NCBI GenBank assembly: GCA_040220235.1
Contig: JAVJTO010000030.1
DNA length: 64,000 bases
Source of the DNA: Coleofasciculus sp. B1-GNL1-01
GTDB taxonomy: Bacteria > Cyanobacteriota > Cyanobacteriia > Cyanobacteriales > Coleofasciculaceae
Reading direction: 5' to 3' (one strand)
The notes beneath the pieces were generated by a model. The model saw only the letters and a list, made by a program, of their open reading frames with translations, was not told the origin of the DNA and did no database searches. Below are positions 10,160 to 21,626 of this stretch, piece after piece. Position 1 is the stretch's first letter. Each line of letters begins with the position of its first letter. The position numbers were made by a program, and so were the translations under genes.

Positions 10160-11008
10160 ATGAATGGTAACTCAATCCCAAACGACCAACCCGGGTGGTC
10201 ACTCGATGAACGTGATCCCCAAACCATCCAATCTTTCATGCCCTTATGGGGATGGTTTTACCACTACTACTTTCGGGTGAAAACCGATGGCTGGCATCAC
10301 ATTCCCGATCAGGATAACGCTTTGTTTGTGGGTTCTCACAATGGTGGACTTGTCGCGCCGGATATGATCATGGTCATGTATGACTGGTTTCGGCGTTTTG
10401 GTCCCGAACGTCCGGTTTATGGGCTAATGCATCCCAATGGCTGGAAATATGACCTAAATACGGCACGACTAGCGGCTAAGACAGGGGCAATTAGGACTCA
10501 TCCCAAAATGGCGATCGCGGCTTTGCGTCGAGGTGCTAGTGTCCTCGTCTACCCTGGGGGGGCACAGGATGTCTTTCGTCCCCATACCATGCGGAATAAA
10601 ATCCATTTGGCGGGGCGTCAAGGGTTTATTAAGCTGGCATTACGGGAAGGTGTGCCGATTATACCCGTTATTTCCCACGGCGCTCATGATACATTGATTG
10701 TCTTGGCTGATTTTTACGATCAGATTCGACAACTGCACGATTGGGGATTGTTCCCTTGGTTATTTGGTCTTGATCCGGAAGTGTTTCCCATCTATTTAGG
10801 TTTACCCTGGGGATTAGCGATTGGACCTCTGCCCAATATTCCCTTACCTGTCCAAATTTACACTCGTATTTGTGCGCCGATTGTCTTTGAACGGTATGGT
10901 CGGGATGCAGCTAGCGATCGCGAATATGTCAATGCTTGCTATGAAAAAGTCTGTAGTCAGATGCAATGGGAACTTGATGGTTTAGTCAAGGTGGCGAGTA
11001 GAAGTTGA
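10160..11008 (+). CDS. Lysophospholipid/glycerol acyltransferase family protein
   Basis: VGSHNGG, YPGG and GFIKLAL motifs. Start refined to ATG 10160. Confidence 0.9.
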   Translation: MNGNSIPNDQPGWSLDERDPQTIQSFMPLWGWFYHYYFRVKTDGWHHIPDQDNALFVGSHNGGLVAPDMIMVMYDWFRRFGPERPVYGLMHPNGWKYDLNTARLAAKTGAIRTHPKMAIAALRRGASVLVYPGGAQDVFRPHTMRNKIHLAGRQGFIKLALREGVPIIPVISHGAHDTLIVLADFYDQIRQLHDWGLFPWLFGLDPEVFPIYLGLPWGLAIGPLPNIPLPVQIYTRICAPIVFERYGRDAASDREYVNACYEKVCSQMQWELDGLVKVASRS

Positions 11009-11225
11009 TCCGGCTGAGATGAACGAAGCGAAGGGACATGGGGGCTTTCACCTTCGCTATATTGTAAGAATTAACTGTAAATGGTCGGACACAAGAAAAC
11101 GGCACGCTCCGACAAGTGCAAGTAAATCGCCCTCAAACCCTTACTGTTCCCTGCCCGTGAGTTCCCTAATCTCCACCGTTTACTTTAATGCAAGTCCACC
11201 TACTTATTAAGTTGAGGATAGTACC

Positions 11226-11429
11226 TTGAGTAATTCTACTGATCCGTCTCGATCCGTCTCTCGTCAGGATTTAGATTACTGGTTAGAACGTCAAACCGAA
11301 TACCAACAGACTCTTAATGTCATCGAATCAAGAGGAGAAAATAGTGAAAGTGTGTGGAAACTGAAAGGTAAGCTCGAAGCTGTAGGAGAAACGATCACTT
11401 ACCTACAACGAAAGCTCAATAAAGTCTAG
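11226..11429 (+). CDS. Small hypothetical helical protein
   Basis: TTG start preceded by GAGGA; 67 aa amphipathic helices. Confidence 0.6.
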   Translation: MSNSTDPSRSVSRQDLDYWLERQTEYQQTLNVIESRGENSESVWKLKGKLEAVGETITYLQRKLNKV

Positions 11430-11709
11430 AGCATTGGTTTATTAATCGTAGTTGGAGGGCAAAACAACCGGGAAATTCTCCTGGGCAAAAAACCCAGTGA
11501 TAGTATCACTGGGTTAACAAGGGCTGCTGTAATAACTGAAGAAGATGTCGTTAGCTAGTATAGTATTGACTCAACGTTAAGTCTTGTTTATTCGCAGATT
11601 AAAATTCACAATTAAAAAACTTCAATTCTATTCTGAAAAGTAAGTCATTAAAAATTACTAATTATAACAATTAATACTTGGCTTAAATTAGAAAACAAGC
11701 TGAAGGATG

Positions 11710-11815
11710 TATAGCGACCGCCATGGCTGTTAGGACACATCATTTATGTAGAGACGTTGCATGCAACGTCTCTACAATGGTGCCGAACGTCCTAATCGAT
11801 GTGTCTATTGCTATA
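11710..11815. mobile_element. TATAGC-ended MITE carrying a gtagagacgttgcatgcaacgtctctac hairpin
   Basis: TIR tatagc...gctata and internal ttaggac/gtcctaa pair. The right ~78 bp recurs almost identically at 59115-59192. Confidence 0.75.
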
Positions 11816-11979
11816 CCTACGACCAAACCCTTCAGGTTATGGACGCAATGCTATAGTTACCTCAAACCTCCCTCTTGAGATAAGGCTAGACTTTATCACC
11901 TGCGAAAGATGAAGCAACCTAAAATGAATGGAAGCATAGGGGCATAGAGGTTAGATTCGGAGGCTTCATTAGTTTAGTA

Positions 11980-12537
11980 ATGAAACATACGCAAGCTTGG
12001 CAATCCTTATTCGGAATCAGTGCTTTAGCGGTGATAAATTTACCGACAGTGGCGATGGCAACGCCAACCATGTCTGGGGGAAATCAATCGTTGATTCAGA
12101 ATTCAGAAAACTATCAAATCGCCCAGGCTGGGAGTGATTGCCGTAAGGTTGATGCCAGATATGGTTTAAATATCCGTGAACGCCCGACAGAAAATAGTCG
12201 CATTGTTGGAGTTGTGGCAAATGGCGCAAAGATTAATATAGAAAGTCGCGGTCAAAATGGTTGGGTTCCCATCGACGATCCCAGAGATGGTTATGTATCA
12301 GCAGAGTACCTCAATTATTGTGGCACGCCAACACCACCTCAAGTGAGTTGCGCTCAAGTTGATGCCTATGGTGGCTTGAATGTGAGACGACGCCCAACAA
12401 CGAATAGTCCAATCATCCGGACGTTAGATAATGGGCGGTATGTCAATATTCGTGAGGCGCGAGGGAGTGACTGGGTGTCCATTAGTGCGCCAGTATCTGG
12501 TTTTGTGGCGTCGGGTTATTTGGAATCCTGTTCCTAG
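11980..12537 (+). CDS. Secreted protein with two bacterial SH3 domains
   Basis: Signal peptide; two copies of GLN(I/V)RxxP...W...G(Y/F)V. Confidence 0.9.
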   Translation: MKHTQAWQSLFGISALAVINLPTVAMATPTMSGGNQSLIQNSENYQIAQAGSDCRKVDARYGLNIRERPTENSRIVGVVANGAKINIESRGQNGWVPIDDPRDGYVSAEYLNYCGTPTPPQVSCAQVDAYGGLNVRRRPTTNSPIIRTLDNGRYVNIREARGSDWVSISAPVSGFVASGYLESCS

Positions 12538-12734
12538 AATTTCTCTCATTCGGTTAAACATGATACCAAATCTGTAGAGTTTAGTGACTGGATCTAGCCC
12601 TCTTATAGAAATAGAAAAAACCCTCACTATCCATCAAAAGAGGTCAGCGAGGGGCGATTTTATTAAATTAGCGGAGACAAATTTGAGGTCGTTCCAGACG
12701 CGCCATCATACCATGCTGTCTGGAACTGAGTTAT

Positions 12735-13811
12735 TTAACGAACCACGCCCTGTTGAGAAGCAACTTCCATGGGCTTCATCAGGTAGAGTCTCAGGAACTG
12801 CCAACCATTAGAGACATAGTAGGGCAGCTTCTTGAAAAATTGCAGGAACTTCGGACTGTTGGAGTTAGCAATTTCCGTTAACTTTTCGTTATTGCCAATA
12901 CAGACTTCCAGACGTTCGTAGAACTTAGGATGTTCCACATCTAAAATCACCGGAAATACCCGTCCAGCCGTTTCGTTGGTCTTCTTAATCACATGCTTAT
13001 CATACTCGCGGGCATCTAAACCAATCGACTGATAGAAACCAGACCGTTGGATGTCATTTAGATACATTGTCACAAATACTGAGAGCAAGAAGAAGCGAGA
13101 CCATAACTTCGCCTGCCAATCATTTAACATTTGCGGCTGGGCTTTCATGATCGCATCAAAGAAATCCCCATGACGATTTTCGTCCTGACACCAGTTTTCA
13201 AAGAACCGGAAGATGGGGTAAATGCGGTCTTCAGGATGAGCTTCAAGATGGCGATAAATGGTGATATACCGCCAATAGCCAATCTTCTCGGACAAATAGG
13301 TGGCGTAGAAGATAAACTTCGGCTGGAAGAAGGTGTACTTCTTATTCTTGGTCAAAAATCCCAAATCCAGCGCCAGATTGAAATCTGACATCGCCTTATT
13401 CAGAAAACCCGCATGACGTGCTTCATCACGAGACATCAGGGTGAAACACTCTGCCAGAACCGGGCTTTTATCTTTTATCCGACGACCCAGTTCTTTATAC
13501 AGTAAGAATCCAGAGAATTCTGCTGTACAGGAACGCTCCAGAAATTCCACAAACAAGCGGCGGGTTTCACCGTCGATATGCTCCCAAGACTGCTCAAACT
13601 CAGCGTCCCGGACGAAGTGGTGGCGATTGTAGTCCGCACGGAACTCTTCTAGAATCGCCAATAGCTCATCCTCATTCGGCGAGATATCCATCTGCGCCAT
13701 GGCTTCAAAGTCTGTCGTGTAGAACCGAGGCGTCAGTATGGTCTCCTTTGCCGGAGATTTAACGCCAGGTCTCATTTCTTCAAAGGTAGGTTTTTTAAGG
13801 GTATCTACCAT
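12735..13811 (-). CDS. acsF: Mg-protoporphyrin IX monomethyl ester oxidative cyclase
   Basis: [29 protein letters not shown] and DENRHG diiron motifs. Confidence 0.98.
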   Translation of the reverse strand: MVDTLKKPTFEEMRPGVKSPAKETILTPRFYTTDFEAMAQMDISPNEDELLAILEEFRADYNRHHFVRDAEFEQSWEHIDGETRRLFVEFLERSCTAEFSGFLLYKELGRRIKDKSPVLAECFTLMSRDEARHAGFLNKAMSDFNLALDLGFLTKNKKYTFFQPKFIFYATYLSEKIGYWRYITIYRHLEAHPEDRIYPIFRFFENWCQDENRHGDFFDAIMKAQPQMLNDWQAKLWSRFFLLSVFVTMYLNDIQRSGFYQSIGLDAREYDKHVIKKTNETAGRVFPVILDVEHPKFYERLEVCIGNNEKLTEIANSNSPKFLQFFKKLPYYVSNGWQFLRLYLMKPMEVASQQGVVR

Positions 13812-14178
13812 AGTTGGTTTTACTCGTTATCTTTTACTTACGATTTTGGACTTGAGAATGGGGCAATTGGGGGGTGACTCGACCCGCGCCGATTTTTTAG
13901 CGCTGCATATTGAGTCTACCAAGGTCTTGGGTGAGTGCAAAATCCAGTTAAGGTTAAAATTTGTAAATTTGCTTAACCTTTCTTCATGTTTGTCAGGGAA
14001 CAGGGAATAGGTAACAGATAACAACGTAAGTAGAGATGCGCTTTTGAAGCGTCTCTACAGAGAATTTTCATCTTTCCTATCTCCCCCATCTCCTCGGTTT
14101 TTGTCAAAAGGGACATGACTATCGCCATGCCCCTAATTAATTAAATCAAAGACGGTTTAGTACGGAAGTCCTAAGCCG

Positions 14179-15015
14179 TTAAGCGTCTTCAGCTTCAACG
14201 CGACCGTAAAAGATCCCCCGAATCAAGACTTCTTCAGGTTCTTCTTCGGCTCCCAGGTCAGTATCAGCCGTCTGTTCGCTCTCAAAGGTACCAGCAATTT
14301 CACCGGTGAAGCTATCCACCTTAGAGACCTGTAGAGACATCTCACCCGAGCGGGTCTCTACGCGCTTAACGTTAGCGCGAACGAATTCCTCTTCATCCGC
14401 TTTGGAAGGCAGCGCGATCGCATTATCATAGCCAGATGCTACACCACGACCTTTGGGATCGAGGAACACAGCACCCCGATAAGACGGAACCTTAAATTCT
14501 CCTTCAAAGTCAGTAGACGTATTCACGCTCGTCATATTTGGCTGACTTGTGGCAACCAAACTTTTAATTGTGAACATGAAGGGAACTTGTTCGCCTCCAG
14601 GTAGCTGTACTGTAATCGCTTGAAAGTCAATACCATCCTCTTCAGTAAAGATAAGGCTGCCATTTTCTCCAAAATTCAAGGAACCTTCAACTTGGTCTAG
14701 GCTAGAGGTAGCCCGGGTCAATAACTTACCTGGGATATATTCTGCCTCTCTACGCTTATTTGTCGGTTCTTCCTTGACAAAGAAGCTGGTTGGCTGTAAA
14801 CACAGCTCGACAATTCGATAGGACTTATCAGACTCAATGGGAATAGAACCACGAGTTGTTTCTGAGAGCTGGGGACATAAATTCGCTAAGCCCGTATTTC
14901 TAATCTGGTCGTAGGTCAATTGATCAGGACTAGTCGCTGTTGCTGCATCCGAACAAGCAGTTAATACCCCCAGACACAATGCCAAAAAGGCAACAATAAA
15001 TGCGCGATACCTCAT
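14179..15015 (-). CDS. psbO: Photosystem II manganese-stabilising protein
   Basis: TGLANLCP, DGIDFQAITVQLPGGE and FLDPKGRG motifs. Confidence 0.98.
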   Translation of the reverse strand: MRYRAFIVAFLALCLGVLTACSDAATATSPDQLTYDQIRNTGLANLCPQLSETTRGSIPIESDKSYRIVELCLQPTSFFVKEEPTNKRREAEYIPGKLLTRATSSLDQVEGSLNFGENGSLIFTEEDGIDFQAITVQLPGGEQVPFMFTIKSLVATSQPNMTSVNTSTDFEGEFKVPSYRGAVFLDPKGRGVASGYDNAIALPSKADEEEFVRANVKRVETRSGEMSLQVSKVDSFTGEIAGTFESEQTADTDLGAEEEPEEVLIRGIFYGRVEAEDA

Positions 15016-15139
15016 GGTCAACCTCAATCGTCAATCTCTAAAACAAGAAAAATTTTTTTATGGTGATTAGTTAGTGAATCAGGCTGTGGTTTATATAAAT
15101 AAAACCGCAACTATCCTTACCATATCAACGAAAGTCACC

Positions 15140-15400
15140 CTAAATTCACTCCACCTTAAATGCGGCAAAGGGGCGGACGAGGAGAACCCGGAGGGTCAGC
15201 GTCCGATAGCGAAGCAGGTGGGCAACGCCCGACGAAATTGCCGCACTGGGATTACTCCCAAAAACACTTGGATTTCTCCGGTAAAGTTTACCTCGACGAG
15301 CTATGACTCGGTACTTTCTGAATAACACTGGCTTTCCCGCATAACCAGTTTAATTACTCAGTTGTAGGGCTTGGAACTGGCATGCATCCCAAGGTACGAA
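15140..15400. ncRNA. Putative highly structured ncRNA upstream of psbO
   Basis: Nested stems cggcaa/ttgccg, cggacg/cgtccg, gggc/gccc, tggga/tccca, ggtaaa/tttacc, cgag/ctcg and actgg/ccagt; GC-rich; no convincing ORF. Confidence 0.5.
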
Positions 15401-15729
15401 CGTTAACACTTAGTCATAACGGCTGCTCGGTTCGGCTCCGCTCACCGAGCGAAGTCGAGGTGAGCCGTCTGGTCAACAGGCTTTGGAGAGCCTACACCTG
15501 ATCCTGCGATTAGGTGTGCGGTCGTTGACACCATGGTATAGTTTTGGTCACACGCTGGTTATCGGTGATCGTTTAGTAGATCGAACGGTGGCTTACTAAA
15601 GCCTTGTTCCCTACATGATGCCGAAAGCGTGAACCTTAGCTTTTCTCGCTTCATTGTACACGGGAAGCGACACTTTTACGCTTTCAATCAAGCGGATGGC
15701 AAGAAACAACGAAGATTGACAGGGGTAGG

Positions 15730-16050
15730 ATGAATTTTAGTGATGAGTTAGATGCTCAAGATCTACAGGTCAAATTACAAGCTCTAAGGACGGAGATTTG
15801 GGCGTTAGCCGATAGGCATCAAGGGGATACCTTAACACTGCTGGCTCTGCTGCGGACGCTGGAAGAGGCGCACCGCGAGATCCGAGATAGTCTATTTCAA
15901 GACTCGTTACCCGACAATCGACAAACCTTGTATGCGCTGCTCAAAGATATTGAAGAATTAGGGGGTTGGCCCTATGTGGCGCGGATGAAGCTGCGATCGC
16001 TGCTGACAAATTTCCCGGAAGCGGCAATCTCGGAGATTCAACAACCCTAA
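15730..16050 (+). CDS. Conserved cyanobacterial hypothetical protein
   Basis: LPDNRQTLYALLKDIEELGGWPY motif; 106 aa with ATG start. Confidence 0.85.
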   Translation: MNFSDELDAQDLQVKLQALRTEIWALADRHQGDTLTLLALLRTLEEAHREIRDSLFQDSLPDNRQTLYALLKDIEELGGWPYVARMKLRSLLTNFPEAAISEIQQP

Positions 16051-16340
16051 CGTGATCTAGCGCTGGCTAACCCCAGCTAGCCGAGCCAGACGTTGACTCA
16101 AGCAGGGTAAAGTTAGGATCGTCTATAACGACTTAGAAGGCTTGGCTAATGAGATAAAAACAAGTTTTTTCTCTCTGCCAATTCATCTCACCGCTTGCGG
16201 AGCGAGATTATGGCGGGAAACGTCTTGGAGATTAGGTTAAACGATGTTGCGCCAACAAGACAGTTGGGGCAACAGGTGCTAAGATCCAGCCGTCAGTCTT
16301 AGCACTTTATTATCTTACTTCTTATTTTTGAGCAGGGACT

Positions 16341-17777
16341 ATGGATGAAATTAAGTTTGGCACAGACGGCTGGCGAGGTGTGATCGCCGCCGATTTTACG
16401 TTTGAGCGTGTGGCGTTAGTTGCGACAGCCGCCACTCAAATCCTCGCTGATATTTATGGCAAAACCAGCGGTAGCCGTACTGTGGTTGTTGGTTATGATC
16501 GGCGCTTTATGGCGGAAACCTTTGCCAAAAAGACGGCGGAGGTTGTCCAATCCCTGGGATTTGATGTGTTGCTTTCTGAAAGTTACGCGCCCACCCCGGC
16601 ATTTAGCTGGGCAGCAAATAACCAGAATGCTCTAGGGGCTTTGGTTCTAACGGCTAGCCATAATCCAGCCAGTTATCTGGGATTAAAAGTGAAGGGGGCA
16701 TTTGGGGGATCAGTTCCGCCAGAAATTACCCAAAAAATTGAAGCCAAACTCGCTCAACCTCCAGCCTCAGCGCCAACACCAGGTAAAATCCAATCCTTTG
16801 ATCCGTGGTCAAGTTATTGTGATGCGCTGCGCTCAAAAATAAATTTGGCGAGTATTCAGAACCTGATTAGCCAAGGTAAATTGACTGTCTTTGCCGATGT
16901 TATGCATGGCGCAGCCGCAGGGGGCTTGAGCAAAATTTTAAATGTACCGATTCAGGAACTCAATAGCTCCCGTGATCCCTTATTTGGTGGCGGTGCGCCG
17001 GAACCTTTGCCCCGTTATCTGTCTCAACTCTTTCGCCACATCCGTACCCACCGACGGCAAGCAGAGGCGGCTTTACGGGTAGGATTGGTCTTTGACGGAG
17101 ATAGCGATCGCATCGCGGCAGTGGATGGACAAGGCAATTTCCTCAGTTCTCAAATTCTAATCCCGATTCTGATTGAACATTTAGCATCCCGACGGCAAGA
17201 GACAGGGGAAGTGGTAAAAACAATTAGTGGTTCGGATTTAATTCCCAAAATTGCTCAACTTTATCAATTGCCCCTCCACGAAACCCCCATTGGGTACAAA
17301 TATATTGCCGATCGCATGGTTTCTACCCAAGTCTTGCTGGGAGGTGAAGAATCCGGTGGAATTGGGTATGGGACACATATCCCAGAACGCGATGCCTTAC
17401 TCTCTGCCCTATATCTGTTGGAAGCGATCGCGGAATCGGGTATGGATTTAAGCCAACTCTACCAACGCTTACAAGGGCAAGTCGGCTATACCTCGGTTTA
17501 TGACCGCATTGATTTACATCTAGCAGGAATGGATGAGCGATCGCGTCTACTCAACCAACTGCAAACCCAACCCCCCACTGAGATTAATGGTCAAGGGGTT
17601 GTTGATTGTCAGACAATCGACGGGTACAAGTTCCGGTTAGCCAATGGTAGCTGGTTACTGATTCGGTTCAGTGGCACCGAACCCGTCTTACGCCTTTACT
17701 GTGAAGCTTCGACTCCAGAACAAGTTCGTCAAACCCTCAGTTGGGCAAAAGATTGGGCAAATAGGAATCAGGGATAA
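16341..17777 (+). CDS. Phosphoglucomutase/phosphomannomutase
   Basis: FGTDGWRG, TASHNP, FDGDSDR, GGEESGG and RFSGTEP motifs. Confidence 0.97.
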   Translation: MDEIKFGTDGWRGVIAADFTFERVALVATAATQILADIYGKTSGSRTVVVGYDRRFMAETFAKKTAEVVQSLGFDVLLSESYAPTPAFSWAANNQNALGALVLTASHNPASYLGLKVKGAFGGSVPPEITQKIEAKLAQPPASAPTPGKIQSFDPWSSYCDALRSKINLASIQNLISQGKLTVFADVMHGAAAGGLSKILNVPIQELNSSRDPLFGGGAPEPLPRYLSQLFRHIRTHRRQAEAALRVGLVFDGDSDRIAAVDGQGNFLSSQILIPILIEHLASRRQETGEVVKTISGSDLIPKIAQLYQLPLHETPIGYKYIADRMVSTQVLLGGEESGGIGYGTHIPERDALLSALYLLEAIAESGMDLSQLYQRLQGQVGYTSVYDRIDLHLAGMDERSRLLNQLQTQPPTEINGQGVVDCQTIDGYKFRLANGSWLLIRFSGTEPVLRLYCEASTPEQVRQTLSWAKDWANRNQG

Positions 17778-17938
17778 GAGAGCAGGGGGAGTTATCAGTT
17801 ATCAGTGAGCAGTTATCAGGAGCCGGGGGAGCCGGGGAAGCCGGGGGAGCCGGGGAAGATGGGGAAGTTAACTAGAAATTCTACCTTACCTGTTCACTGT
17901 TCCCTGTTCCCTAACAAATGACAAATGACCAATGACAA

Positions 17939-18511
17939 ATGACCAACCTAATTGTTGCCACTGGAAATCCAGGTAAATTACGCGAGATGCAGGCATATCT
18001 CGGTGATTCGCCTTGGGAATTGCAGCTTAAGCCACCGGAAATCGAGATTGAGGAAACGGGGGATACCTTTGCGGCGAATGCTCGTCTCAAGGCGTTAGGT
18101 GTCGCCCAAGCCACGGGTCAATGGTCAATCGCCGATGATTCTGGTTTACAAGTAGATGCTTTGGATGGAGCGCCGGGGATTTATTCTGCACGCTATGGGA
18201 AAACCGATGCAGAACGGATTCAGCGGTTGCTGTCCGAACTGGGGGATACGTCCAATCGGGGGGCGCAGTTTGTTTGTGCGATCGCGATCGCTCGTCCTAA
18301 TGGCACAATCGCCTTAGAAGTGGAGGGCGTGTGCCGAGGTGAAATTCTTAAGGCTCCCTTGGGTACAGGTGGCTTTGGCTACGATCCGATTTTTTACGTG
18401 CCAGAACAGAGATTAACCTTTGCCCAAATGACTCCGGAACTGAAGCGACGCTACAGTCACCGGGGCAAAGCCTTTGAATTACTCCTCCCCCAGTTCAATC
18501 AACTCTTATGA
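17939..18511 (+). CDS. rdgB: Non-canonical purine NTP pyrophosphatase (RdgB/HAM1)
   Basis: ATGNPGK, ADDSGL, GFGYDPIF and SHRG motifs. Confidence 0.97.
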   Translation: MTNLIVATGNPGKLREMQAYLGDSPWELQLKPPEIEIEETGDTFAANARLKALGVAQATGQWSIADDSGLQVDALDGAPGIYSARYGKTDAERIQRLLSELGDTSNRGAQFVCAIAIARPNGTIALEVEGVCRGEILKAPLGTGGFGYDPIFYVPEQRLTFAQMTPELKRRYSHRGKAFELLLPQFNQLL

Positions 18512-18559
18512 ATTATGAATTAGAAACCTTAATTTTTAATCCATAATTCATAAGGTAAT

Positions 18560-18910
<351 letters not shown>

Positions 18911-19070
18911 TCACTTACGTTTCTTTATTTATATGTATCAGACCAGTATGACACGATGAACTACGGCGACTTACTTCGTTGAAGTCGCTGTTTCTGACGT
19001 TTCTTCGCCCCTAGTTGCTTCATACTTCCGTATCGCGATTTAGTTTTACACTCCCATCAATAAATTTTTT

Positions 19071-19084
19071 GTAACATTAAATAC
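19071..19084 (-). promoter_or_regulatory. NtcA-binding site upstream of glnB
   Basis: tGTA-ACATTAAA-TACa matches GTA-N8-TAC, about 170 bp upstream of glnB, a known NtcA target in cyanobacteria. Confidence 0.7.
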
Positions 19085-19284
19085 AGTTATTTAGAGTGTC
19101 GTATGCATTGCCCGTCGCCAATCGCCAATTCCCAGACGGTCAACACTCGATCAGGGCAGGGTGAAACTCGCCCCGACAAACTATGCCTTCAGTCGTCAAG
19201 GGTCAAAACTCTCGCATTTCCCCAATCCTCAGGCTACGGTGGTCGATCGCCAAACTTTTGATTAAAATGAGAAATATATCACGG

Positions 19285-19671
19285 GGGGCCTTAATGGTTT
19301 CGACGTGTTGGTGAAAGCCAACCCGTGATACAGGTCGAGAGTGAGTCTTCTCTCGTAAATCCCGGACTCAAACAAAAGTAACTGCGAACAACATCGTTCC
19401 TTTTGCTCGTAAGGCAGCTCCTGTAGCCGCTTAAACACCTCTTATAGGTTCGAGCGTTCTTAGTCTGACTCCGTTAAGGGCTAAGGACACAACCCCAACG
19501 GATGCGCTAGTTAGCTGTCTTTGGTCGGCTGTCTAGCAAAGACCTAACCAAAGCATCCCACCATCCGGGATAATGGATGGTTCCCGCCCTGAGGATGAGA
19601 AGGGCTAAACCTGTGAATGATCGGTAGGTAAATACCCAATGCGGACACGGGTTCAATTCCCGTAGGCTCCA
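19285..19671 (+). ncRNA. ssrA: tmRNA
   Basis: 5' GGGGCCT pairs with 3' AGGCTCC-A; T-arm GGTTCAATTCC; tag ORF 19384-19434 (ANNIVPFARKAAPVAA*); CCA not encoded. Confidence 0.97.
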
Positions 19672-19700
19672 TTCCTAAATTCAATTTTCCGATGCAATAA

Positions 19701-19731
19701 GACCCCTTCATGCTAGATGAAGGGGTTTTTA
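19701..19731 (+). terminator. Intrinsic terminator of ssrA
   Basis: accccttcat-gctag-atgaaggggt followed by a T-run. Confidence 0.85.
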
Positions 19732-20158
19732 TCATTGATAATACGTTGATTAGTTTGCCATCATTCATACCAAATGGGCTTCATTAACCTCCTGTATCAC
19801 CGGGGTACTGTTTCCTGGAAGCCATCTGCCATCTGCCATCTGCCATCTGCCTTGTCCTTACCAAGAAGGAAATAGTTAACCCGGATTCACTATCAGATTA
19901 TCCGGATGAATGCCTTGATGACAGAAAAAGGTAATCAAACGCCTTCGGTGCCCTTATCAATTTATTAACAATTGTTGCGGGTTAGATGAATGAACTCCAA
20001 ACTCCGGCTTTGGTGTTCATTCAATCATGATATTGGAGGTAAGGATGCGAGGATTTGACCGCCCAAAAGGAGTAGGGAAGTAATCCTATCCCACTGAATC
20101 CCTTACTCTGGAGTACCTCATCCTTAAATATGTAAACAACAACGAGCAAGAGCAAGTT

Positions 20159-21196
20159 ATGGTAATGCAACCTACGTATGGTAATGGTTTTATCGATAGC
20201 TCAACCATTGAACTTTCTCAGGAAGGATTGCGGTCTATTCTGAATCAGATTGAGGCGGAACTCATCGATAGTGAAGTTTACCGCCGCACCATGGCTGGGT
20301 TACAAACGATGTTAGGAGAAGCCTCAAGCAACGCTCATATTCTGGTCAAGGCGGTGGGGCGAGAAGCCGTAAGGTTGACATTTCAGGAATTTGCCAGACA
20401 GTATAAAGTTGTTCCTGTAACTCCTGTGGCTTCTGACGGAATGAATCAACCGACAGAAACCGAAGAGGAGGAGTTGGAGATTCCCCAAACTGAAGAGACG
20501 GAATGTCCCATTGGCTCTGGAGAAACGATGTCCCATAGGGTTGAGACAAACTTATCGCCCAGTTTAGCGGATCGAGAGATTGGGGAAACTCAGTCGCGTA
20601 AAAAACTCACTAAAGCAGAATTAGCCGCGCAAAAGCTTTCCCTAGAACGGGAAGAGATGTTGCAGCAAATTGGTCAACAACTGCGACGAGCGCGTAAATC
20701 TCGCTCTTTGAGCCTTCAGCAACTCCATCGCCAAACCTTAGTCCCCATTCATCAAATTGAAGCATTAGAAACGGGTAGTCTGGCTCAGCTACCCGAGGAT
20801 ATTTATATTCGTGGTTTTATTCGTCGGCTTGGTTATGCTCTAGGGTTAGATGGTGTAGGGTTAGCCTTGTCTTTGCCGGAAATTGATCCGGTCAAGTCTG
20901 TGATTCCTTCCTGGTATAAAGATCCAGTCGCTACAGGGTTTCACCTTAAATCTGTTCATTTATATCTAGGTTACGCCACGTTGATTGCAGGAGCAGTGGG
21001 AGGACTCAACTGGATGTCGAATCAACAATCAGCGCCACAAAACACAGCGGAACCTGAACCTGCGACTCCTGGTCAAAACGCTATTTCTCCAAACGCTGAA
21101 ACTAGCAAATCTACCCATAGACCTGGGATTCAATCGGGTCAAACTGGTGTAAAGGCTGGAGCGGATATTGCTCCCCCGGAAGCATTTCCGTTTTAA
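20159..21196 (+). CDS. Helix-turn-helix (RodZ-like HTH) membrane protein
   Basis: IGQQLRRAR...IEALETG...LPEDIYIRGFIRR followed by a TM helix. Confidence 0.85.
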   Translation: MVMQPTYGNGFIDSSTIELSQEGLRSILNQIEAELIDSEVYRRTMAGLQTMLGEASSNAHILVKAVGREAVRLTFQEFARQYKVVPVTPVASDGMNQPTETEEEELEIPQTEETECPIGSGETMSHRVETNLSPSLADREIGETQSRKKLTKAELAAQKLSLEREEMLQQIGQQLRRARKSRSLSLQQLHRQTLVPIHQIEALETGSLAQLPEDIYIRGFIRRLGYALGLDGVGLALSLPEIDPVKSVIPSWYKDPVATGFHLKSVHLYLGYATLIAGAVGGLNWMSNQQSAPQNTAEPEPATPGQNAISPNAETSKSTHRPGIQSGQTGVKAGADIAPPEAFPF

Positions 21197-21626
21197 GGAG
21201 ATGGGGAAGATGAGGAAGATGGGGAAGATGGGGAAGATGAGGGAGAGAATAAATTTTTCGGCGGAACCATGAACAATTAACGAAGGACGAATGACGTAGC
21301 TTCCTTCTCGATGAAAGCGAGTATGACGAATGACGAATGACGAATGACATAAGACATAAGACGAATGACCACTTTATAGACTCTTTGCCAATTCCTCACC
21401 AACTCCTAACACAGATCTATCGGACGGAATTCCTGTCGTCAGAATAGTGATATAGAAACATAAAATAAGACTCGGCTGTTACGATCCTTTCTTGTAATTC
21501 AGTACCGAATTGCAAGCTGGGAGCTATTTGCCTTATTCATGACTTTATCCTGGCAAATCGACTGAATTATATAGTGTTTCCTTAACGATTTAACGATGTT
21601 GAGTAATCTTACCCCTTTTTAAGACA

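Noticed and set aside
15074..15328. Short ORFs of 83 aa (+) and 60 aa (-) upstream of psbO
   Set aside because: Weak starts and no recognisable domain; dense base-pairing is a better explanation.
17780..17945. 7-10 bp tandem repeats as a novel signal (also near 19822, 21326, 26375, 46230, 47845, 56250)
   Set aside because: These are STRR-type repeats, well known in filamentous cyanobacteria, and no associated gene is present here.
19672..20150. Integrative element at the tmRNA 3' end
   Set aside because: No integrase and no duplicated tmRNA 3' end were seen; a terminator follows directly.
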